This document shows, piece after piece, positions 36,720 through 45,719 of a stretch of DNA of 64,000 bases. The stretch covers positions 449,225-513,224 of the forward strand of contig CAVVYO010000004.1 in the NCBI GenBank assembly GCA_963752515.1, read 5' to 3'. Position 1 is the stretch's first letter; each line of letters opens with the position of its first letter. This DNA is from Candidatus Glassbacteria bacterium. Its GTDB lineage: Bacteria > Gemmatimonadota > Glassbacteria > GWA2-58-10. Position numbers and translations under genes: made by a program. Under the pieces are notes generated by a model that saw only the letters and a list, made by a program, of their open reading frames with translations, did not search any database and was not told the origin of the DNA.

Positions 36720-38108
36720 ATGAGCAGCCATCACTGGCCCGACCGGGCCGGTTTCCTGCGCCGGCTGTCCGGGGCGTTGCTGTCCCTGCTGTCGCTGCCG
36801 CTGCCGCATCCGGCCTCCGCCTCGGGCGATGAGGAACGGTCGCAGCCGGACCAGGGGAAAAAATTCCGGCTGCTGGATCACCCGCAGGTCAGGCGCAACT
36901 GGGTCGACCGGCGCAGCCGGCGGGTGGTGTTCCTGGCCCATTGCGTGGTCAACCAGAACGCCCGGATGCACGACTGCGCCAATCATGCGGCGGCGGTGCA
37001 GCCGATAGTCGACTGGTGCCTGGACCGCGGGCTGGGGATCGTGCAACTGCCCTGCCCGGAGCTGCTGGTGGTGGGCCTGGGCCGCGACCGGGATGATCCG
37101 CCCCAGGAATACCTGGAAGCGGTGCTGCGCAAGCCGCAGTGCCGGGAGCCGATCCGCAAGCTGGCCGAGACGGTGGTCTACCAGGTGAAAGAGTACCGGT
37201 TCCAGGGCTTTGAGGTCCTGGCAGTGGTGGGCAGCGATGGCAGCCCGAGCTGCGGGGTGGACCGTACCGCTTTCCCGGATGCGGAGAACCGCTTCGGCCC
37301 CGGCCAGGGAGTGTTCATCGCGGAGTTGCGGGAGCTGCTGCGACAGGAGGGCCTGGAGCTGCCGTTCAAGGGGATGGATGACTTGCATCCGGAGGAGACG
37401 GTCGCCTGGCTCGAGCGGCTCTGCCAGCTTCCGCCAACGGGAAAATCACCGACAGAAAGGGGAAAGATGATCGAGTTCCGTCACATCTACGACATCAGCC
37501 TGGTGCTCGGGCAGGAGAATCCGGTCTACCCGGGCGATACGCCCTTCCAGCGGGAGGAGACGGTTTCGTTCGCCCGGGGCGGCGACTACCAGTACTCGAG
37601 GCTCGCGCTGGGGGCGCACTCCGGCACCCACCTCGACCTGCCGCGGCACTTCATCCCGGAGGCCCGGACCATGGAGCAGTACCCGGCCGAACGCTTCATC
37701 ATGCCGGCCCAGGTGGTGGAGATCCCGGACAGCCGGTGGGTGGAGCGCTCCCACCTGGAGCAGAAAGTCCTGCCCCGGGGCGAGGCCCTGCTGTTCAAGA
37801 CCCGCAACAGCCGCAGCGGGATTTCCAATTCGCCGGTGTTCCACGAGGACTTCGCCTGCCTGTCACTCGAGGCCGCGCAGTACTGCCTGGAAAAGCAGGC
37901 TCCGCTGGTGGGGATCGACTATCTCTCGGTGGACGGCTTCGGCAAAAAAGTGTACCCGGTGCACGAGCTGCTGATGAAGCAGGAGGTGCTGATCCTGGAG
38001 GGCCTGAACCTGAAAGAGGTCCCGGAAGGGGCCTACACTCTGCTCTGCCTGCCCTTGCGGATCGCGGGCGCCGAGGCCTCCCCGGTGCGCGCGGTGCTGC
38101 TGCGCTGA
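36720..38108 (+). CDS. Fusion protein: Cys-rich domain of unknown function + cyclase-family (kynurenine formamidase-like) domain
   Basis: N-terminal signal/Tat-like segment (RAGFLRRLSGALLSLLSL). A Cys-rich domain follows (AHCVVNQNARMHDC...QLPCPEL...GSDGSPSCG). The C-terminal ~210 aa carry the cyclase motif HSGTHLDLPRHF. No stop codon separates the two parts. Confidence 0.65.
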   Translation: MSSHHWPDRAGFLRRLSGALLSLLSLPLPHPASASGDEERSQPDQGKKFRLLDHPQVRRNWVDRRSRRVVFLAHCVVNQNARMHDCANHAAAVQPIVDWCLDRGLGIVQLPCPELLVVGLGRDRDDPPQEYLEAVLRKPQCREPIRKLAETVVYQVKEYRFQGFEVLAVVGSDGSPSCGVDRTAFPDAENRFGPGQGVFIAELRELLRQEGLELPFKGMDDLHPEETVAWLERLCQLPPTGKSPTERGKMIEFRHIYDISLVLGQENPVYPGDTPFQREETVSFARGGDYQYSRLALGAHSGTHLDLPRHFIPEARTMEQYPAERFIMPAQVVEIPDSRWVERSHLEQKVLPRGEALLFKTRNSRSGISNSPVFHEDFACLSLEAAQYCLEKQAPLVGIDYLSVDGFGKKVYPVHELLMKQEVLILEGLNLKEVPEGAYTLLCLPLRIAGAEASPVRAVLLR

Positions 38109-38260
38109 GCCCCGAGTGAGCATCCCCGAACCCGCTGAACTGTCCCCGGGAGAGGGCGAAAATCCCGTAATCCCTTGTAGGGCAGGGGCATGCCCATCTG
38201 TTCCAACAAAATCGACGACAAGTGGGATTGGCTCGACAGGGGGGTTGGGTCAGCACCTAC

Positions 38261-38326
38261 CGTAGCGGCCGGCCCCCGTGCCGGCCCGCTCGTCTCCCAC
38301 GGGCGCGGCAGGCCGCGCCCCTACGA
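38261..38326. repeat. GC-rich palindromic repeat modules (D and an inverted D variant)
   Basis: CGTAGCGGCCGGCCCCCGTGCCGGCCCG followed by CCCACGGGCGCGGCAGGCCGCGCCCCTACG. Confidence 0.7.
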
Positions 38327-38437
38327 TTGGCTCCGGGCCAGGTGTTGATGCCACCGGTCGGGCGGCAGTGCCTTTGATCCCCCGTTAAGAAAACGGCAGC
38401 CAAAGCCCCGACACCCCCGCTGAACCCGGATTTTTCC

Positions 38438-38465
38438 TAAAGCCCCCCCGCCGGCCGGTCGATAA
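38438..38465 (+). promoter_or_regulatory. Sigma28 (FliA)-type promoter for flagellin 1
   Basis: TAAA-N16-GTCGATAA, against the consensus TAAA-N15-GCCGATAA. It lies 215 nt upstream of the ATG. Confidence 0.5.
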
Positions 38466-38637
38466 AATCTACAGCGGACCTGAGTTTCCACGGCAAGCCC
38501 ACGGCGCCCCGTCAGCGGATTGGTGTGTCCGCAAGGGCGACTGAAACCGGGAAGAGTTCCCGCCCGGGAACCAGGCGCGCGACAACAACAGCACAGATCG
38601 GGGTCTGCCGGCCCATCCCCGCGACAGAAGACCGGCT

Positions 38638-38679
38638 ATTAAGCAAGGATGCTTAATATACCATCAAGGAGGATGAAGC
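38638..38679 (+). promoter_or_regulatory. Putative CsrA-type dual GGA sites in the flagellin-1 leader
   Basis: Hairpin ATTAAGC-AAGGAT-GCTTAAT presents GGA in the loop. A second GGA lies in the SD context ATCAAGGAGGATGA. The arrangement resembles hag-type CsrA binding sites BS1/BS2. Confidence 0.35.
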
Positions 38680-40338
38680 ATGCCGCTGTCGCTCAACACC
38701 AACATCTCCGCGATTACCGCGCGGCGCAACCTGCTGCGTGTCAACGGCCAGCTCAAGACCAGCATGGAACGGCTCTCCAGCGGCCTGCGGATCAACCGCA
38801 GCGCGGACGATGCCGCCGGGCTGACCATCGCCGAGAACCTGCACGCCCAGGTGGTCGGCCTCAACCGGGCGGTCACCAACGCCACGGATGGGATCTCGCT
38901 GATCCAGACCGGCGAGGGCGCGATGCAGGAGGGCAGCGCCATCCTGCATCGCATCCGCGAGCTGTCGGTGCAGGCCGCCAATGGCACCCTCACCAGCCGC
39001 GACCGCCAGGCCATCCAGAACGAGGTCTCGCTGCTGATCGACGAGATCAACCGCATCGCCTCCACCACCACGTTCAACAGCATCAACCTGCTCAACGGCA
39101 ATTCCTCGGCCCTGATCTCCACCAGCAACCCGGCCGATGTCAACGGGATCGTGGTCGGCGATGTGGGCCAGGGCGGAATCTACTCGGTGACAATCCAGGT
39201 GAGCGAGTCGGCGGATGGCGGACGGCTGTTCGGCGCCAGCCAGGTGATCGGCACCGAGATCCTGACCCGCACCGGCGAGAACGGCCGGGTCTACGATGCC
39301 GCCCCGGAAACCACCCTGCAATCGCTCAGCCAGTTCCGGAACTTCAATGTGTTCGATGGCGGGATCCGCAGCATCACCCTGAACCTGAGCTCGGACGGCG
39401 ACAACAAGATCGCCGACATCGAGCTCTTCGCCACCGACACCCTGGAGATCGCCCGCGCCCGGATTTCCCTGGCGATCAACGACCCCGACCAGACCACCGA
39501 CCTCGGGCTCGGCGGGGGGATCTCCTACGGGGCGCCGCTGGTGAAGATTGCCTCGGTGGGCCAGGCCCCGGGCGGGGGCAGGCCCGGCGGGACCGTGCTG
39601 CTGATCGCCAATCCCGAGCCCGGCCGTCGCCTGGTCTGGGGCGGCGATGACAACACCCTCTCGGCCCTGGGCTTCACCACGATCCAGGAGTCCCAGCCGC
39701 CGGTGTTCTCGGTGACCGTCAACAATCTCTCCAGCCCGTTCCAGCAGCTGATTCCCCGCACCCTCAAGGTCTTCGGCGACCGGGCCTCGGGCCTGATCGA
39801 CGGCGTGGATGTCAACTTCCGCACCACGCTCAACATCAGCCTCTCCGGGGCCACCAGTACCCGGGTCGGCTCGTTCGAGGTCCCCGAGCTGGTGGTCAGC
39901 CGCCACAGCGACAACTCCAGCTTCCTGCTCGAAGTCACCCCCCGGCCGCTGGTGTTCCAGATCGGCGCCAACCAGGGGGATGTGCTCTCCACCAGGATCA
40001 GCGATATCAGCGCCGCCAGCCTGGGGATCAAGGGGATCAACATCGTCGACCGCACCCTGGCCGGGGAGTCGATCCGCACGGTCGACCTGGCCCTCAAGCG
40101 GCTCAATGCCGAGCGGGCCAACCTCGGCGCGGTCCAGAACCGCCTCGAGAGCACGATCCGCTCGCTGCGGGTCGCCTCGGAGAACCTCACCGGCAGCGAG
40201 AGCCAGATCCGCGACCTGGATTTCTCGGACGAGATCGTCAACTTCACCTCGCTCCAGGTGCTGTCCCAGTCGGCCACCACCTTCCTGGCCCAGGCCAACG
40301 CCCTGAGCGGATCGGTGCTGACCCTGCTCGGCGGATGA
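38680..40338 (+). CDS. fliC: Flagellin (paralogue 1, 552 aa)
   Basis: N-terminal MPLSLNTNISAITARRNLLRVNGQLKTSMERLSSGLRINRSADDAAGLTIAENL and C-terminal ...GAVQNRLESTIRSLRVASENLTGSESQIRDLDFSDEIVNFTSLQVLSQSATTFLAQANAL are canonical D0/D1 flagellin segments. Confidence 0.95.
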   Translation: MPLSLNTNISAITARRNLLRVNGQLKTSMERLSSGLRINRSADDAAGLTIAENLHAQVVGLNRAVTNATDGISLIQTGEGAMQEGSAILHRIRELSVQAANGTLTSRDRQAIQNEVSLLIDEINRIASTTTFNSINLLNGNSSALISTSNPADVNGIVVGDVGQGGIYSVTIQVSESADGGRLFGASQVIGTEILTRTGENGRVYDAAPETTLQSLSQFRNFNVFDGGIRSITLNLSSDGDNKIADIELFATDTLEIARARISLAINDPDQTTDLGLGGGISYGAPLVKIASVGQAPGGGRPGGTVLLIANPEPGRRLVWGGDDNTLSALGFTTIQESQPPVFSVTVNNLSSPFQQLIPRTLKVFGDRASGLIDGVDVNFRTTLNISLSGATSTRVGSFEVPELVVSRHSDNSSFLLEVTPRPLVFQIGANQGDVLSTRISDISAASLGIKGINIVDRTLAGESIRTVDLALKRLNAERANLGAVQNRLESTIRSLRVASENLTGSESQIRDLDFSDEIVNFTSLQVLSQSATTFLAQANALSGSVLTLLGG

Positions 40339-41019
40339 CCAGCCCGGCAGCCATGAAATGCAGACCCGCAACGACCGGATTCGAGCCTATATAATGTAGC
40401 ACCCCTGCCCCGCGCGCCCGGCCTGGCTCGCGGATGCAGGCGGCGATCCGCCGGCGGGACGGGCCGTGAACGCGCGGTCCTCCGGCTTTTGTCCCTGGCT
40501 CGCCCCGCAAGCGGCCGGATCGCATCTCGAGCCGCAGCTTGCCTTTCACCCTGAGGGTCATGGATGACCCCTGCCGGACAAGGAGGTCCACCCTATGCCA
40601 GCCGGTTAGCCAACCATCACAGCCACGCCGCGTGATCTTTCGCGGCAGGATGGCAGGCGTTCGCGCCCGCTCCGGCGAGGGGGGATGTTCTCCCGCGCCA
40701 CGGCCCAGCCTCAAGGGCTGTCAGCGCCGCCCGCGCCCCCGCCCATCCTGCCCCCCGGGGAGCGCCGTGCCCAAGCGGCCGGTGCTCCGGGAAACGGCGA
40801 AGCCTTGCCTGTCGCGGATCCGGTGGACCAAACCACCCCGGAAGCCGCGGCGCAAGCGGAAGCGCCACGCCCCAAAAGGACGCGAGCACGCCCGGGCGGC
40901 CCCCCGGAGCCGCGACCGGTTTCGCGCCGGAAGCGGGCCGGAGGCGGTCCGCCCGACACCCGAATCACCCCGCGGGCGGGGATGGAACCTCGCCCCTCAC
41001 GCATCAAGGAGGATGAATC

Positions 41020-42651
41020 ATGGCCGGACTAACCCTGAATACCAACATCGCCTCGATCAACACCCGCCGCAACCTGCTGCTGCAGAACAAGCGGGTCACC
41101 AAGAGCATGGAGCGCCTCTCCTCGGGCCTGCGGATCAACCGCGCCGCGGACGATGCCGCCGGGCTGACCATCGCCGAAAACCTGCGGGCGCAGGTGATCG
41201 GCCTGAGCCGGGCGGTGGCCAACTCCCAGGATGCGATCTCGCTGATCCAGACCGCGGAAGGCGCGCTGGGCGAGGCCCATAACGTGCTGCAGCGGATGCG
41301 GGTGCTGGCGATCCAGTCCGCCAACGGCACCCTGACCAGCCGTGACCGCAAGGCCCTGCAGGACGAGGTGTTCCAGTTGATCGACGAGGTCGACCGGATC
41401 GCGATGACCACCTCGTTCAACTCGATCAACCTGCTCAACGGCAATGTCGGGGCGCTGGTCTCGACCGATGATCCCAACAACATCACCGGGATCGTGGTCT
41501 CCGATGTCGGCGAGGGCGGTACTTTCTCGGTGGCGATCAATGCGATCGATGTCGGCAAGATGCAGGTGCAGAACAGCCAGACTTTCGTGCGGGTCAACGA
41601 GGCGGGCGAACCGCTGGATGCCAACCTCAACACCCAGCTGCAGTCGATCAGCCGCTTCCAGGACTATGGGGTGTTCACCGGCGGCCAGGATTCGGTGACC
41701 CTGACCATGAGCTCGGATGTCGACAACAAGATCACCACCGTGCAGGTCTTCGCCACCGACACCCTGGGCCAGTTGATGGGCAAGATCTCGCTGGCGATCA
41801 ACGACCCCGACCAGACCACCGACCTCGGGCTGGCCCCGGGCGTGTCCGACGGCGCCAAGCTGGTGTCGATCTCCAGTGTCGGCCTGGCCCCCGCCGGCGG
41901 CGCTGTCGGTGCGACCAGCCTGGTGATCACCACCCCCGAGCCGGGCCGCAAGATGGTCTTCGGCGGCGAGTCCTCGCTGCTGACCGCCCTGGGCTGCAAC
42001 GAGATCCAGAGCGCGGTTCTGCCGGTGTTCTCGCTGACTGTCAAGGACGTGGGCGAGGGAACCATCGCCACCAAGAGCACCCGGGTCTATGGCAACCGGG
42101 CCAGCAACCTGATCCGCGGCGTGGACATCTCCTTCCGCACCACGCTCGACATCTCGCTCAGCTCGACCCAGACCGATCCGGTCGGGGCTTATCGCGTCTC
42201 CAAGCTGGTCCAGAACCAGCGCCCCGGCCCGGATGGATTCATCATCCAGGTTTCCCCGCGGCCGCTCAGCTTCCAGATCGGCCCGAACCACGGCAACTTC
42301 ATCAACACCCAGATCGGCGACATGACCGCCCGCTCGCTGGGGATCCAGGGCCTGAACATCTCCGACCAGTTCCTGGCCCAGGAGACGATCAAGCCGATCG
42401 ACAAGGCGATCGACCTGGTCAGCGCCCAGCGCTCCACTCTCGGCGCGGTCCAGAATCGACTGGAGAGCACGATCGCCAACCTCAGCGTGGCGTACGAGAA
42501 CCTGAGCGCCTCCGAGAGCCAGATCCGCGACCTGGACTTCTCCCACGAGGTGATCGAGTTCACCTCGGCGCAGATCCTGACCTCCTCGGGGACCAGCTTC
42601 CTGGCCCAGGCCAACGCGCTGAGCAACAACATCCTGACCCTGCTGCAGTAA
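41020..42651 (+). CDS. fliC: Flagellin (paralogue 2, 543 aa)
   Basis: Canonical flagellin N- and C-terminal domains. The central domain is colinear with the other three paralogues (ISRFQDYGVFTGG, FATDTLGQ, TTPEPGRKMVFGG). Confidence 0.95.
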   Translation: MAGLTLNTNIASINTRRNLLLQNKRVTKSMERLSSGLRINRAADDAAGLTIAENLRAQVIGLSRAVANSQDAISLIQTAEGALGEAHNVLQRMRVLAIQSANGTLTSRDRKALQDEVFQLIDEVDRIAMTTSFNSINLLNGNVGALVSTDDPNNITGIVVSDVGEGGTFSVAINAIDVGKMQVQNSQTFVRVNEAGEPLDANLNTQLQSISRFQDYGVFTGGQDSVTLTMSSDVDNKITTVQVFATDTLGQLMGKISLAINDPDQTTDLGLAPGVSDGAKLVSISSVGLAPAGGAVGATSLVITTPEPGRKMVFGGESSLLTALGCNEIQSAVLPVFSLTVKDVGEGTIATKSTRVYGNRASNLIRGVDISFRTTLDISLSSTQTDPVGAYRVSKLVQNQRPGPDGFIIQVSPRPLSFQIGPNHGNFINTQIGDMTARSLGIQGLNISDQFLAQETIKPIDKAIDLVSAQRSTLGAVQNRLESTIANLSVAYENLSASESQIRDLDFSHEVIEFTSAQILTSSGTSFLAQANALSNNILTLLQ

Positions 42652-42810
42652 AAAAAGTCGCAAGTGGTCCGCGGCACCCCCTGGCCTCGGCCGGCCCCCT
42701 CCGGCCGGGGCCGGGAGCCGCGTCCCGCCTCCGGCCTCCCCGGCCCGCGAGAAAACTCTTCCCCCAGGATGACAGCTTTCCGCCTCCGCCGGTTTTTTCT
42801 CCAAAAATTC

Positions 42811-42837
42811 TAAACTTTCCCCCCCTGGTGCCGATAT
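42811..42837 (+). promoter_or_regulatory. Sigma28-type promoter (TAAA-N15-GCCGATAT), ~715 nt upstream of flagellin 3
   Basis: TAAA at 42811-42814, an exact 15-nt spacer, then GCCGATAT at 42830-42837. Confidence 0.6.
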
Positions 42838-42987
42838 ACCAGAATAGTTGGCAATATCACCGGGCAAATTCGTTAACTGCGGCGACCAGATAACTCGAAT
42901 TGTGCCTCCGGCCGGGAAGCTGCACCCTTCCCAGGGACGTAGTCCGCCCGCCGGAAGCACGCCGGATCATCACACTCAATCGAAGGC

Positions 42988-43026
42988 AATAAAAAAAGGC
43001 TTTTGGAGCCCCCCTCCAAAAGCCTT
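42988..43026 (-). terminator. Minus-strand rho-independent terminator inside the fla2-fla3 spacer
   Basis: 13-bp stem AAGGCTTTTGGAG/CTCCAAAAGCCTT. On the minus strand it is followed by TTTTTTTATT. On the plus strand no U-tract follows. Confidence 0.55.
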
Positions 43027-43551
43027 AGGCAGCACAACAACATCGGTCGGAAAAAGGTCTCTTCGCAAGTGGCCCTTTCAGTGATGTGTATTGTGCCGTA
43101 TTGCGCTTGCCATTACTGCAATACACATGCCACTTCGCGAACAGCCCTCCCGGATCTTAGGATCCTCCCCGACCGAATAATTGCCCAGGCCGCGCCATGG
43201 CGTCAACAGCGGACTTCCGCAGGGATTGCGGCTGTCCGGCGCCGGCGCCTGAAAAAACCGCCCGTTGCCGCCGACGCCATTTGTCGCCGCCGGCGGCGGA
43301 AAAAATCACCGGCATCGGGAAAAAAGCAGCTGGCCCTGTGACCATACACCATAAATGGAGAAAAGCCAAACAGACGCTCATCCGTTCACTGACGAACCAA
43401 CCCCAGGAGGAACTGCATGAACCTAAAACGCTAGCCTGGTACGGGAAAAACTTCAAGGTTGCCGCCGAAACTCAGGTTCAACTTGAACTTTCTCATGGGC
43501 AAACGTTCTGTTGGGTAAGGATACCTTAACAGACGATCAAGGAGGATAACG

Positions 43552-45183
43552 ATGGGTTTAACCCTTAATACAAATGTTGCGGCGATCAATGCAAAACGGA
43601 ACCTGCTGATCAACAACCGCGCCGTGGGCAAGTCCCTCGAAAAGCTGTCTTCCGGTTTGCGGATCAACCGCGCCGCCGATGACGCCGCCGGCCTGAGCAT
43701 TGCCGAGAACCTGAGAGCCCAGGTGGTCGGTCTCGGTCGGGCGGTGGCCAACTCCCAGGATGCGATCTCGCTGATCCAGACCGCCGAGGGCGGCCTGAAC
43801 GAGACCCACAACATCCTGCAGCGCATCCGCTTCCTGACCGTGCAGTCGGCCAACGGCACCTACACCAGCCGCGACCGCCTGGCGATCCAGGACGAGGTCG
43901 GGCAGTTGCTGGACGAGGTGAACCGGATCGCCTCGACCACCACCTTCAACAGCATCAACCTGCTCAACGGCAATGTCGGCGCGCTGGTCAGCACCGATGA
44001 CCCGGTCAACAGCATCCAGGGCCTGGTGGTCGGCGATGTCGGCGATGGCGGCACCTTCTCGGTCGCGGTCAGCGCGATCTCGGTCGGCAAGCTGCAGGTC
44101 CAGAACTCCGAGCTGTTCGTCACCATCAAGGAGAACGGCGACCCGATCGATGCCAACGCCAACACCCAGTTGCAGTCGATCAGCCGCTTCATGGACTTCG
44201 GCGTGTTCACCGGCGGCATCGACTCGGTGACCCTGACCATGAGCCAGAACGGCAGCAACGATGTGACCGAGATCCAGATCTTCGCCACCGACACCCTGGG
44301 CGAGCTGGCCCGCAAAGTCTCCCTCGGGATCAACGATCCCACCCGGGTGAGCGACCTGGGCATGGCGGCGACGATCTCCGACGGCGCCACTCTGGTCTCG
44401 ATCGGCCGGATCGGTCTGGCCCCCGCCGGCGGCGGCGCGGGCACCACCTCGATCGTGATCACCACCCCGGAGCCTGGCCGCAGCATCGCTTTCGGCGGCG
44501 AGTCCTCGATCCTCTCGGCTCTCGGCTTCAACGAGATCCAGAAGGCAGTGGCCCCGGTGTTCTCGATCACGGTCAAGGACATCGGCCAGGGCGAGATTCC
44601 GGACCGGGTGGCCAAGGTCTACGGCGACCGGGCCAGCGGCCTGGTCCAGGGCGTGGACCTGCGCTTCCGCACCACGCTGGACATCTCGCTCAGCGCCACC
44701 GCCAAGACCACGATCAACGCCTACAATGTCTCCAAGGTGGTCAACAACTCCCTGGCCGGCCCGGACGGATTCGTGGTCCAGGTCTCCCCGCGGCCGCTCA
44801 GCTTCCAGATCGGCCCGAACCACGGCAACTTCCTCAACACCCAGATCGGCGACATGTCCGCCCGCTCGCTGGGGATCGACGGCCTGAACCTGTCGGATCA
44901 GTTCATCGCCCAGGAGTCGATCAAGTCGGTGGACCAGGCGATCAGTCAGGTCTCCACCCAGCGCGCCGCGCTCGGTGCGGTCCAGAACCGCCTGGAGAGC
45001 ACCATCGCCAACCTGAACGTGGCGCACGAGAACCTGAGCGCTTCCGAGAGCCAGATCCGCGACCTGGACTTCTCGGATGAGGTGATCAACTTCACCTCGC
45101 GCCAGGTGCTGGTCAGCTCGGCCACCTCGTTCCTGGCCCAGGCCAACTCGCTGAGCAACAACATCATGTCGCTGATCCGCTAA
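43552..45183 (+). CDS. fliC: Flagellin (paralogue 3, 543 aa)
   Basis: Canonical flagellin termini, same length as paralogue 2 and colinear with it throughout. Confidence 0.95.
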   Translation: MGLTLNTNVAAINAKRNLLINNRAVGKSLEKLSSGLRINRAADDAAGLSIAENLRAQVVGLGRAVANSQDAISLIQTAEGGLNETHNILQRIRFLTVQSANGTYTSRDRLAIQDEVGQLLDEVNRIASTTTFNSINLLNGNVGALVSTDDPVNSIQGLVVGDVGDGGTFSVAVSAISVGKLQVQNSELFVTIKENGDPIDANANTQLQSISRFMDFGVFTGGIDSVTLTMSQNGSNDVTEIQIFATDTLGELARKVSLGINDPTRVSDLGMAATISDGATLVSIGRIGLAPAGGGAGTTSIVITTPEPGRSIAFGGESSILSALGFNEIQKAVAPVFSITVKDIGQGEIPDRVAKVYGDRASGLVQGVDLRFRTTLDISLSATAKTTINAYNVSKVVNNSLAGPDGFVVQVSPRPLSFQIGPNHGNFLNTQIGDMSARSLGIDGLNLSDQFIAQESIKSVDQAISQVSTQRAALGAVQNRLESTIANLNVAHENLSASESQIRDLDFSDEVINFTSRQVLVSSATSFLAQANSLSNNIMSLIR

Positions 45184-45260
45184 GCAGGTCGATCCAGGGA
45201 ATGACGGTCTTGGCAGCCAGGGGTAAGACATGAACGGACAGTCGTTCTTGGCACCGCTCT

Positions 45261-45308
45261 AAAAAAAAGCCGGCTCCGGGTTCTGGCTACCCGGAGTCCG
45301 GCTTTTTT
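45261..45308. terminator. Bidirectional rho-independent terminator after flagellin 3
   Basis: AAAAAAAA-GCCGGCTCCGGGT-loop-ACCCGGAGTCCGGC-TTTTTT. Confidence 0.7.
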
Positions 45309-45310
45309 CT

Positions 45311-45350
45311 GGCAAAAAGCGGGCTTATGAAGCTGCAACTTCATAAGCCC
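45311..45350 (-). terminator. 12-bp hairpin with CTGCAA loop; reads as a minus-strand terminator
   Basis: GGGCTTATGAAG-CTGCAA-CTTCATAAGCCC. On the minus strand it is followed by GCTTTTTGCC. Confidence 0.45.
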
Positions 45351-45692
45351 TGCACCCTGGACTTCCGCGAAGAAGCTCCCGGGGTCGTGGGGACTCCGGG
45401 AAAGAGGTGCAGCCGACGTTTGTGCAAGTTGCGTACCAGAAGCCACTCCAAGCCGGACCGGGGTGGCTTCCGGTTTTTCCGGCCGGCACTCCTCCGCGTT
45501 GCAACAGTTTGCATGTCAAGCTGTTGCAACAACCGAACGCCATGAACCCGGCCGAGCTCAGCCCCTCCCGGCCCGACCTTCTCCGGCAAATCCTTCCGCT
45601 TTCCCGCGCCCGGCCGCCGCTGCACTTTTTGCCCCGGGCCGGCTGCAACATTTTCCCCGCCGGGGCTGTCCCGCGGTCTCCCAAAAAAGTAC

Positions 45693-45719
45693 TAAAGCTT
45701 ACCTTTGGGCTGCCGATAA
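45693..45719 (+). promoter_or_regulatory. Consensus sigma28 promoter (TAAA-N15-GCCGATAA), ~790 nt upstream of flagellin 4
   Basis: TAAA at 45693-45696, an exact 15-nt spacer, then GCCGATAA at 45712-45719. Confidence 0.7.

Noticed and set aside
38653-45231. Long minus-strand ORFs antisense to the flagellin genes (38653-40371, 41029-42960, 43558-45231)
   Set aside because: The flagellin frames are unambiguous. The antisense translations are repetitive G/D/R/A/L-rich strings produced by the flagellin codon bias.
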